This document shows positions 1-7,675 of a stretch of 64,000 bases of DNA, one piece after another. Each line of letters starts with the position of its first letter. Within the stretch, counting starts at the first letter, position 1. Made by a program: the position numbers and the translations under genes. This stretch comes from Oscillospiraceae bacterium (lineage in GTDB: Bacteria > Bacillota > Clostridia > Oscillospirales > UBA929), in the NCBI GenBank assembly GCA_031550325.1, contig JAVBOR010000024.1, positions 4,062 to 68,061 of the forward strand, given 5' to 3'. Under the pieces are notes generated by a model. It was given only the letters and a program-made list of their open reading frames with translations, had not been told where the DNA came from and made no database searches.

Positions 1-1009
1 AAGGTGCGATGGCCGCGGCGGGCGCCATGTCAGCCGGCACGGTGTTGTTGATGTCCAGCAGCGTCGCGGCCTCCTGCGTCACGCAGGTGACGATGTACTC
101 GCTCAAAGCGCCGTAGAGATCGGTCTCACAGGCCACGGGAACGCCTCTTCCGGTCAGCCTTGAATGGACATAGCACGGCACAAACCCAAACTGGGTCTGG
201 AACGCCGGCCAGCATTTGTTGGCGAACACGCCGTAGTCGCAGCAGCCGAGGTTGTCCTCCAAAAAGTCCAGCAGCGTCAGTTCGTACTGCGCGAGCTTGG
301 GCAGTAAGGCCGGATGCCTGTTGCCCGCGCCGAGCTCTCTGGCCATGTCCTGCGCGACGGCCTCTATGCGCCCGTCCCCACTATGGCCTTGGAACCGCTC
401 CAACAGGTCAAGCTCGGAGTTTTCCATCACCGTGACGCCCAGGTCGTACAGCGGCTTGATCGGCGCGTTGCAGGCCAAAAAGTCATACGGGCGCGGCCCG
501 AAGGAGAACAGCTTGAGCTTTCTCACGCCCAGCAGCGCCCGCGCAACCGCCTGAAACGTCATGATTTCCCCGGCAATCTCCCCGGGCGTGCCGACGGGAT
601 TTTCGGGGATATAGGCGCGCACGCCGCGCAACCCGAGATTGTATGAGCAGTTGAGCAGACCGCAATAGGCGTCGCCGCGCCCGCCGATCAGGGTGTCCGC
701 GCTCTCCTCGGCGGCTGCTGCAATCATCACAGGGCCGCGAAACTCCTGCGCCAGATATGTCTCCGGCCCCTCGGGCCCAAAGTTGCCAAGGTAGATTACC
801 AGCGCGTTGACGCCTCCGGCGCGCAGCTGCTCCAGCGCTGCCAGCGCGTCACGTTCGCTTTCAACCAGCACCTCGGATGTGAACACGTCGAGTCCGGCGG
901 TGGCGCAAGCCTTGACAACGCGGTTCAGGCGGGACCGGCTGAGTTCTTTGGGAAAGCAGTCCCGGCTGACGGCGACAATGCCCAGTCTCACTTTCGGCAG
1001 ATTAACCAT
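1..1009 (-). CDS. L-fucose/L-arabinose isomerase-family sugar isomerase, N-terminal part (3' end lies beyond the left window edge)
   Basis: Absent from the ORF track because it runs off the edge. The reverse-strand reading from ATG 1009 is stop-free to position 1. An alternative ATG lies at 1015, but the GGGAGA SD at 1017-1022 fits the 1009 start. Sequence: MVNLPKVRLGIVAVSRDCF..GDAYCGLLNCSYNLGLRG..FGPRPYDFLACN..KCWPAFQTQFGFVPCYVHSRLTGRGVPVACETDLYGALSEYI..LLDINN. I associate these blocks with FucI/AraA-like isomerases. Confidence 0.75.
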   Translation of the reverse strand, partial: MVNLPKVRLGIVAVSRDCFPKELSRSRLNRVVKACATAGLDVFTSEVLVESERDALAALEQLRAGGVNALVIYLGNFGPEGPETYLAQEFRGPVMIAAAAEESADTLIGGRGDAYCGLLNCSYNLGLRGVRAYIPENPVGTPGEIAGEIMTFQAVARALLGVRKLKLFSFGPRPYDFLACNAPIKPLYDLGVTVMENSELDLLERFQGHSGDGRIEAVAQDMARELGAGNRHPALLPKLAQYELTLLDFLEDNLGCCDYGVFANKCWPAFQTQFGFVPCYVHSRLTGRGVPVACETDLYGALSEYIVTCVTQEAATLLDINNTVPADMAPAAAIAP

Positions 1010-1116
1010 AACCATTTCTCCCTTAACAACGCCCTTGATGAATTGGCACCATTTTATCACAGGGCTATGACCGATACAAGAGCCGCACGCCTTTTTGCAA
1101 GAGCGCCGGCCCAGGC

Positions 1117-1332
1117 TGTCAAAGAACCTTAGGTTCTTTGACAAAGCGGGGGTTTGGCTCGCGTCTTTGCAAAGACGCGCAAAGAAACGCTTTCCCGAAG
1201 TGAACCCGTGAAAGCGTTGTGGTTCAATCTTTTTCGATTTTCAGTCCAGCAAGGACCTGCCGGCTGCGCCGTCAGGCTCGACATGAAAACCGAAAAAGGA
1301 CGAGGGCGCGAGGACCTTTTTTGACAAAGCGG
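1117..1332 (+). repeat. Composite intergenic element copy R1 (modules A-B-C-D)
   Basis: Module A: TGTCAAAGAACC-tta-GGTTCTTTGACA at 1117-1143. Module B: GCGTCTTTGCAAAGACGC at 1161-1178. Module C: hairpin AACGCTTTC..GAAAGCGTT at 1186-1218. Module D: arms CTTTTTCGATTTTCA (1229-1243) and TGAAAACCGAAAAAG (1284-1298) around the core CAAGGACCTGCCGGCTGCGCCGTCAGGCTCGAC. Nearly the same sequence recurs at 43275-43480. Confidence 0.9.
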
Positions 1333-1493
1333 CAAACAAACCCCCAGTCGCGATTCCAAGGCTTTTCCGACCGGCGAGCTCGGAACATTTCGCCGCATTA
1401 GGGCGTAGATGCGCCTCCAATTTTCCGAGCTCGACAACTCGCCGCTGCGCGGCTTAGGTCGGAAAAGACTTTGTCATCAGCCTCAAAAATAGC

Positions 1494-1522
1494 TTGAAAC
1501 AACGCGAAAAATCCGATATGCT
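1494..1522 (+). promoter_or_regulatory. Candidate sigma-A promoter for the 1609 gene
   Basis: TTGAAA (1494-1499), 17-nt spacer, TATGCT (1517-1522), about 85 nt upstream of the start codon. Confidence 0.35.
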
Positions 1523-1608
1523 TATGAACGAAACGGAGACTGCACGGGAGGGGAGGGTACAGAGCCGGCGCGGCCAGTTAATTTCCCTGCGGCGCGCTGG
1601 GCCTCCAT

Positions 1609-2379
1609 ATGGATAAACTGATTCATTTGGCCCTGTTTTTTTTCACATACGGGTTTGTCGGCTGGCTGTTGGAGTCGCTTTACGCGCTGTACGTCCACAA
1701 GCGCTTTGTCAACCGCGGCTTTCTGTCCGGCCCGATCTGTCCGATGTACGGCGTGGGCGTCTGCCTGATCATCTGGCTGCTCGCCCCGCTGAAGGATAGC
1801 TTTGTGCTGTTCTTCCTCGGCGCGGTCGTTATCACATCAGGCGTTGAGTTTGTCACCGGCTGGCTTCTGGAGACCATTTTTAACACGCGCTGGTGGGATT
1901 ACAGCGAGTATAAGCTCAACCTCATGGGCTACATCTGCCTGCCCTTTTCGCTGCTCTGGGGCGTGGCGGCGACGCTGGTGGTCTACTTTTTGCAGCCGCT
2001 CACCGCCAGATGGATTGACCTGATTCCTGGGTTTTTGCAGCCGTGGATAGCCGGCGCGTGCACGATTGTTTTACTGATTGATGTCGTCACCAGCGTCGTG
2101 TCGGCGCTCCACCTGAAGGAGCGCATGAAAGAGATGCAGACCCTTTTGCTGCAGTTTGCCGATGATCTGGCAAGCGACCTAAAGAGCGCAAGCTTCGTGC
2201 AGGAAAGGCGCGAGGATCTTCTGAACCTCAAGAGCGACCTTGTCGAGCGCTACGAAAGCCTGCGCGGGCGGCTTCCCAGGCGGCAGCGCCGGTTTCTCAC
2301 GGCGTTTCCCAAGGCCAAAACGACCAGATTCAGCGAGGCGCTGGCTGACCTGAGGGATCAGTTTCTGGGCCGTAAATAG
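1609..2379 (+). CDS. Polytopic membrane protein of the 'putative ABC-transporter type IV' (CmpB/DUF1113-like) family with a charged C-terminal tail
   Basis: Track ORF of 256 aa. The N-terminus FFFTYGFVGWLLESLY..NRGFLSGPICPMYGVG and the multiple hydrophobic helices match what I recall of that family. Confidence 0.65.
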   Translation: MDKLIHLALFFFTYGFVGWLLESLYALYVHKRFVNRGFLSGPICPMYGVGVCLIIWLLAPLKDSFVLFFLGAVVITSGVEFVTGWLLETIFNTRWWDYSEYKLNLMGYICLPFSLLWGVAATLVVYFLQPLTARWIDLIPGFLQPWIAGACTIVLLIDVVTSVVSALHLKERMKEMQTLLLQFADDLASDLKSASFVQERREDLLNLKSDLVERYESLRGRLPRRQRRFLTAFPKAKTTRFSEALADLRDQFLGRK

Positions 2380-2513
2380 AGGAAGTTTCCGACTAACTGC
2401 CGCGACGTTTTTGAAAAAGATCGTATGTTCTATGGTATTTTTTTATTATGAAGTGTTTTCCAATTATTTTATGATTTTTATGAAAATTAAACTATAGACA
2501 AGAATATATTTCA

Positions 2514-2542
2514 ATGACAATCACACATTTTTGTGCTAATGT
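2514..2542 (+). promoter_or_regulatory. Candidate promoter in the AT-rich spacer upstream of the GH26 gene
   Basis: ATGACA (2514-2519), 17-nt spacer, TAATGT (2537-2542). It lies at the end of a conspicuously AT-rich stretch (2400-2540). Confidence 0.3.
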
Positions 2543-2625
2543 TTTCGTATGAGACGTGTGCCCAAACGGCTGTTACCCTGCACAGGCGCTTGGGCTGTCA
2601 ATGAAACAACAAAGGAGTGTGTTTA

Positions 2626-5600
2626 ATGAAACAGAGAAGCAGAATGACAAAGGCGTTGTCGCTCAGTATGGCGATAATGCTGCTTGTCGGGGCGCTGTCG
2701 GCGCCTATCGGCGCCGTGGCGGCCACGCCGTCGGCCCAGGCGTTTGACCCTGAATATCACCCGGGCGTTCAGAATCTGGACGACAGCTTCAAAATCGTGA
2801 TGGACAACTGCGACGCGGCGGCGGCCAGCGAGTACAGCCGCAACCCCAGCAACGCTGGTTCGGTGGTGATGGTCGATTCCCCCTTCGGCGAGAAATACGG
2901 CAAGGCTGTCGAGTTCTCCTATAACCTCAGCCAAGGCTACAACGGCGTCATCCGCCGCAGAGACGTGGGCGGGCTTCCGATGAACGGCGCCTGGACGGGT
3001 CTGGCAGCCATCGCGCTCTGGGTTCAGATCCCCGCGCCGGCTCCCAATCCCATCCTCCAGCTCAACACAGGCTCCGCTTGGCCGGGAACCTCGTACGAGG
3101 TCGACCTGAAAAAACTGCCCGACTTTGATGAGAATAACGGCGGGCCGCAGCATCTTTTTATTCCGATAGAAAAGTTTCTCATCAAGGACGGCACCACTCC
3201 CATCCCCAGCACGGAGAGCGTCATCTCGTTTGCGATGTATCTGGGCGGCTCGGGTACGGGCGTGGCCTATCTGGACGAGATTACGATGGTCTTTGCCGAA
3301 AACGTCACCGTTGACAACTTTAATAAGTATTTAGACAGCAGCGCCGTAAGCGCCGCCTGGGTCGCCAACACGAGCGGCGGCACCAACACCCGCGCGCTGG
3401 CGGCCTCGGATCACGGCAACGCCATGAACTTTACATACGACATGGCCACCTTCAACAGCCGCGGCTACACCGGCGCGACCAAGGCGGTCACCGACGACTG
3501 GGCCTCCACAGGTGCCGTTTCCCTTTGGTTTACCGGCGACGGGCTGGGGCAGGACATTCTTCTGCAAATTGCCAGCGGCAGCTATTACCATGAGGGCTGG
3601 GGCGCTTATATCCCCAACAGCCTGGAGGTTCACCTGAACGATCTGAAGAACTTTGATCCGGCCTCCACCTCGCCGCAGTATCTGTTCATTCCCATCTCGG
3701 AGTTTAAGCCCAAAGAGGTCGGCATGGAGTTCAAACCGGCCGAAATGGTCAGCTTCGGGCTGTTTGTCAACAAGCTTAGCAACATCGAGGCGTCCTCCTC
3801 GCTGGTCATTGATGAGATCATCCGCTATGTGCCGCATGGCACGGCACCGGTGGAGCAGGACATTATTTTCCGCTCGACCACTCTTTCGGCCAGCGGAAAC
3901 GACAGCCTTCTAACCGTTCTCAACGCCAACGCTACGGTTGCCTCGGAGGGCCGCGTGGTCGGCATGAAATATGCAAGCGACAACGCGGACATCCTGGCCA
4001 ATTACAGCGGGTTTGTGTTCAATGGCCCGTTCAAGGCCCAGGGAACCGTCAACGTTCGTCTGACCGACCTCAAGCTGGAGATCAAAGGCGCCGTGAAGGA
4101 CATTGCCCTCGAGCAGGAGCTCGTCATTCAGGTGCAAAATCTGCGCTCTCCGGTCAGTGTACTCAGCTACCTGACCTCGCTGTCCGGCAAAGGCGTGCTG
4201 ACGGCGATGCACAACAAAGAGCCCAACACGAACCCCCGCGAATCGACCGACAGACTTCTTAACCTGACCGGCGAAACCCCGGCCATCTGGAGTGGCGACT
4301 TCCTGTATCAGCGCCGCGACGTCACCGCCCGTCAGACGATGATCAATGAAGCCATCCGCCAGTGGAACGACGGCGCGCTGATTAACATCATGCTGCACGT
4401 CACCACCCCAAACCGCACGGTGGAGCAGGAGAAAACCGGCGCCAGCTGGGATCACCGCACGGCGGTCGACCCCAACCAGAACGGCGTGCAGGCCTACCTG
4501 TCCGAGGCGCAGTGGACCAGTCTTTTGACCGACGGCGAGCCGCTCAACGTTAACTGGAAGCTCCGTCTGGACGAGTACGCCGTCTATCTGCTGCAGCTCA
4601 AGGACGCGGGCGTGGTGCCCATGTTCCGTCCCTTCCATGAGCAGAATCAGCACGTGTTCTGGTGGAACGGCGTGCCTGAATACACCAAAGCCCTGTACCG
4701 CCTGACCTATGATTACCTTGTCGGCGTCAAGGGACTTGACAACATGATCTGGGTGTGGGACGTGCAGGATCTGCCCGTTGGCTATGGCGACGCCTATGGC
4801 TACGACGCCACCGACTGGTCGATCTTCAACCCCGGCGAGGAATACTGGGATATCTTCGCGCTGGACGTCTATGACGCTGCCGGATACACCCAGGCAAACT
4901 ATGAGCAGGCCCTCAGCGTCGCGGGCGACAAGCCCATCGCCATCGGCGAGTGCTGGAAGCTCCCGTCCCAAGAGACGCTGGCTGCCCAGCCCCAGTGGAT
5001 CTTCGCAATGCCCTGGGCCGGAGACACCTTCAGCCAGAACACCAACGAGGTCATCAAGACCTTCTATCAAAAGAACCTCTCGATCGAAGACACCCCCCGG
5101 TTTACGCTCAAAGAGCCTGAAAAATTCAAGATCGCCATTGACAACTTCGATTCCTACGCCGATTCGGCCGCGCTCAGCGCCATGTACACGCGAAACTCCA
5201 ACGGCGGCCAGAACACGGCGACGCTCATCGCCTCTCCGTTCGGCGCCGGTTTGGGTAACGCCATGGACTTTACCTATTCGTTCTCCAGCGGCTATTCGGG
5301 CCGTTACCGCTCGATAAACGGCTACTGGCCGGGCATTGAGGCCATTGAGCTTTGGATTCAGAACGACGCCTCCCATCAGGACATTCTGCTCCAGTTGTCC
5401 GACGGCGCGTCCTATGAGTGCCACCTGATGAACTTTGCCGACTTTGACGCAGACAGCACCGAGCCCCAGCATCTGGTGATCCCCATTTCCGAGTTTAAGC
5501 GCAAAGAGGGCAGCGGCACGCTGAACACCAAGGGCGTCACGTCGTTTGCCGTGTATGTCAACCAGCTGGCCGGAGGCGCGGGCGGCAAGCTCATCCTCGA

Positions 5601-7518
5601 TGAGATCACCGCCGTGTTCCCTGAAGAGCCCTTTATCCCCTCCGTGAAGTTTGGCACATCCGAAGTCCAGTCGGACGGCGCGAGCAACATCATCCGCGTG
5701 CTCAACGCCAATGCGGTCATGCCGGCGGGCGCGAAGATCGTGCAGGCGACTTACGAGTCCAGCAATCCCGCTGTTCTGCCCAACTACACCCGCTTTGTGC
5801 CCAAGGGCGACTTCAAGGCCTTAGGGGAAACCGTTGTGACCGTCAAGCAGGCCAAGATCTACCTGGACGGCGCCACCTTCACGATCGACGTCAACGCGGC
5901 GCTGACGGTTACGGTGTCCAGCCTGAGCGCCCCTGTGGACGTAGTTGATTATATGGCCGATCTGACCGGAAACGGCATCCTTTCGGCCATGCACCACGAC
6001 CAGTCTTACTCCAGCGCCGCCAACTGCGACACGCTGCATCAGCGCGTGGCCAACGAGTTCGGCGTGTATCCCGCTCTGTACAGCGCCGACTTCCTGACCG
6101 GCTCTACGGTTCCCTACCGTCAGAATATGATCAATGAAATCGTTCGCCAGTGGGATAACGGCAACCTTGTGCAGATCATGTTCCACGTCTCCCCGCCGCA
6201 ATACACCGTGGCGCAGGAGCGTCAGGGAAACTGGGGCGGCGACCAGGCGCACGAGACGCTGCCGCAGCCCAACCGCATCTACAGCTTCCTCTATAACGAC
6301 AACTGGACCGAGCTTCTGACCGACGGCACCCCGATGAACACCAACTGGAAACTCCGCATGGACGAGTACGCTAGGTTCCTGCAGCAGCTGGAAGACGCCG
6401 GTGTGTCCGTCATGCTCAGACCGTTCCATGAAATGAACCAGCATGTGTTCTGGTGGGGCGGCAGACCCGGCCTTGACGGCAGCGCGGGCCTGTACCGCAT
6501 GTTCCATGACTACATGGAAATCGAAAAGGGCCTGTCCAACATTATCTGGGTGTGGAACATTCAGGATCTGCCCGACAACTACGGATGGGCAGACGGCGAC
6601 GCGAAGTTTGACCGCTACGAAGGCCTTGAGGGCGGTCTGGCCGAGTACGACGCCAACGACTGGAATTCCTTCAATCCCGGCAAGGACTATTACGACGTTC
6701 TCTCCGTGGACTTCTACGACGCCGAGGGCTACGCCTCCCGTCACTATGAGCAGGCCGTGAGGATTGCCCTTGCAGACGGCGGCAAGCCGATCCAAATCGG
6801 CGAAACCTTCACCTTCCCGTCGCAGGAAACGCTGGCAGCGCAGCCCGACTGGACGCTGGCCATGCCTTGGGGCGTTCGCACCTGGAACTACAATACGTCC
6901 GCCGAAATGGCCACCTACTACGCAAACAGCCTTGGCGCCGAAGCCATGCCGCGCTTCGCCACCCGCGTCAACGAGCTGCCCTCCCTGACCCTCAGCCTGG
7001 ACAGCGCCTGCAAGACTCTCGTGGCGGGCTATGACGCCAACATCAAGCTCACGGTTTCGGGCTATGATGGCAGTGGCGAACTGTATGCCGCGCTGTACAG
7101 CGGCGCTGAGCGCATTTCCGAACCTGCAAAGCTCGTGGACGGCGTGGGCAAGTTCAAGGTTTCCATCCCCGAGGAGGCTGGGGACGAGCTGAGCGTCGGC
7201 GTGTTCTTCAAGGGCACCACCGTACTCTTCGCGTCCGAGACCATTGCCATCCGCCACTGCACCGATCTGTGGACGCCGATCCTCACCGAGCAGGACGGCC
7301 AGACCCTGGTTGTCTTCTCCGAGCAGATCTCGCTGGCGGCTGGCAAGTTCAAGGCGACCGTCAACGGCCAGGCGCGCGAGATGACCGTGAACGCGGACAA
7401 AAAGAGCCTGACCATTTCGGGCGGGCTGCTGGAAAGCGCGGACGTCCTTGTCATCGCGGGCATCAAGTATCCCACGCTCTTCCCGAGCTATTCCTTCACG
7501 TTTACGCTCCGCAAATAA
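2626..7518 (+). CDS. Secreted multidomain glycoside hydrolase with two GH26-type catalytic domains, three CBM-like beta-sandwich modules and Ig-like modules
   Basis: The track ORF starts at GTG 2617. I prefer ATG 2626, which sits 8 nt after AAAGGAG (2611-2617). Signal peptide: MKQRSRMTKALSLSMAIMLLVGALSAPIGAVAATPSAQA. The GH26-like acid/base motif occurs twice (RPFHEQNQHVFWWNG and RPFHEMNQHVFWWGG), each followed by a candidate nucleophile block (KPIAIGECW, KPIQIGETF). Confidence 0.8.
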   Translation: MKQRSRMTKALSLSMAIMLLVGALSAPIGAVAATPSAQAFDPEYHPGVQNLDDSFKIVMDNCDAAAASEYSRNPSNAGSVVMVDSPFGEKYGKAVEFSYNLSQGYNGVIRRRDVGGLPMNGAWTGLAAIALWVQIPAPAPNPILQLNTGSAWPGTSYEVDLKKLPDFDENNGGPQHLFIPIEKFLIKDGTTPIPSTESVISFAMYLGGSGTGVAYLDEITMVFAENVTVDNFNKYLDSSAVSAAWVANTSGGTNTRALAASDHGNAMNFTYDMATFNSRGYTGATKAVTDDWASTGAVSLWFTGDGLGQDILLQIASGSYYHEGWGAYIPNSLEVHLNDLKNFDPASTSPQYLFIPISEFKPKEVGMEFKPAEMVSFGLFVNKLSNIEASSSLVIDEIIRYVPHGTAPVEQDIIFRSTTLSASGNDSLLTVLNANATVASEGRVVGMKYASDNADILANYSGFVFNGPFKAQGTVNVRLTDLKLEIKGAVKDIALEQELVIQVQNLRSPVSVLSYLTSLSGKGVLTAMHNKEPNTNPRESTDRLLNLTGETPAIWSGDFLYQRRDVTARQTMINEAIRQWNDGALINIMLHVTTPNRTVEQEKTGASWDHRTAVDPNQNGVQAYLSEAQWTSLLTDGEPLNVNWKLRLDEYAVYLLQLKDAGVVPMFRPFHEQNQHVFWWNGVPEYTKALYRLTYDYLVGVKGLDNMIWVWDVQDLPVGYGDAYGYDATDWSIFNPGEEYWDIFALDVYDAAGYTQANYEQALSVAGDKPIAIGECWKLPSQETLAAQPQWIFAMPWAGDTFSQNTNEVIKTFYQKNLSIEDTPRFTLKEPEKFKIAIDNFDSYADSAALSAMYTRNSNGGQNTATLIASPFGAGLGNAMDFTYSFSSGYSGRYRSINGYWPGIEAIELWIQNDASHQDILLQLSDGASYECHLMNFADFDADSTEPQHLVIPISEFKRKEGSGTLNTKGVTSFAVYVNQLAGGAGGKLILDEITAVFPEEPFIPSVKFGTSEVQSDGASNIIRVLNANAVMPAGAKIVQATYESSNPAVLPNYTRFVPKGDFKALGETVVTVKQAKIYLDGATFTIDVNAALTVTVSSLSAPVDVVDYMADLTGNGILSAMHHDQSYSSAANCDTLHQRVANEFGVYPALYSADFLTGSTVPYRQNMINEIVRQWDNGNLVQIMFHVSPPQYTVAQERQGNWGGDQAHETLPQPNRIYSFLYNDNWTELLTDGTPMNTNWKLRMDEYARFLQQLEDAGVSVMLRPFHEMNQHVFWWGGRPGLDGSAGLYRMFHDYMEIEKGLSNIIWVWNIQDLPDNYGWADGDAKFDRYEGLEGGLAEYDANDWNSFNPGKDYYDVLSVDFYDAEGYASRHYEQAVRIALADGGKPIQIGETFTFPSQETLAAQPDWTLAMPWGVRTWNYNTSAEMATYYANSLGAEAMPRFATRVNELPSLTLSLDSACKTLVAGYDANIKLTVSGYDGSGELYAALYSGAERISEPAKLVDGVGKFKVSIPEEAGDELSVGVFFKGTTVLFASETIAIRHCTDLWTPILTEQDGQTLVVFSEQISLAAGKFKATVNGQAREMTVNADKKSLTISGGLLESADVLVIAGIKYPTLFPSYSFTFTLRK

Positions 7519-7558
7519 AGCAAACCGCCGACAAACTGGGTTTATCAGTCAAGTGAAT

Positions 7559-7671
7559 ACTAGGATCGCGTCTTCGCAAAGACGCGATCCTAGTCCTGTT
7601 TTGTCAAAAAGCCAAATGTTTTTTGTCAAGCTGACTCCGGGAGGGACGGCTTACGCCGTCCCTCCCGGAGT
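7559..7671. repeat. Two perfect long hairpins (module-B-type plus a 17-bp hairpin) between convergent genes
   Basis: First hairpin: ACTAGGATCGCGTCTT-cgca-AAGACGCGATCCTAGT (7559-7594, 16 bp, contains the module-B core GCGTCTT/AAGACGC). Then TTTTGTCAA occurs twice (7598-7629). Second hairpin: ACTCCGGGAGGGACGGC-ttac-GCCGTCCCTCCCGGAGT (7634-7671, 17 bp), ending 4 nt from the stop of the minus-strand ATPase gene. Probably a bidirectional terminator. Confidence 0.8.
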
Positions 7672-7675
7672 GTCA

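Noticed and set aside
1129-1437. Small ORFs inside repeat copies that show mutual 'protein' similarity, e.g. SLTAQPAGPCWTENRK versus SLTPQAAGSCWTESRK. The ORFs are 1129-1437(-), 1219-1401(+), 28939-29247(+), 33422-33688(-), 33463-33723(+) and 43296-43496(+).
   Set aside because: The similarity is a by-product of the conserved nucleotide core. Variation between copies preserves base-pairing rather than the reading frame. The ORFs have no SD sequences, and their frames and lengths differ between copies.
3910-7257. 520-aa and 478-aa minus-strand ORFs (3910-5472 and 5821-7257) inside the GH26 gene
   Set aside because: These are antisense artefacts. The plus-strand frame encodes a signal peptide and duplicated GH26 motifs across the whole interval.
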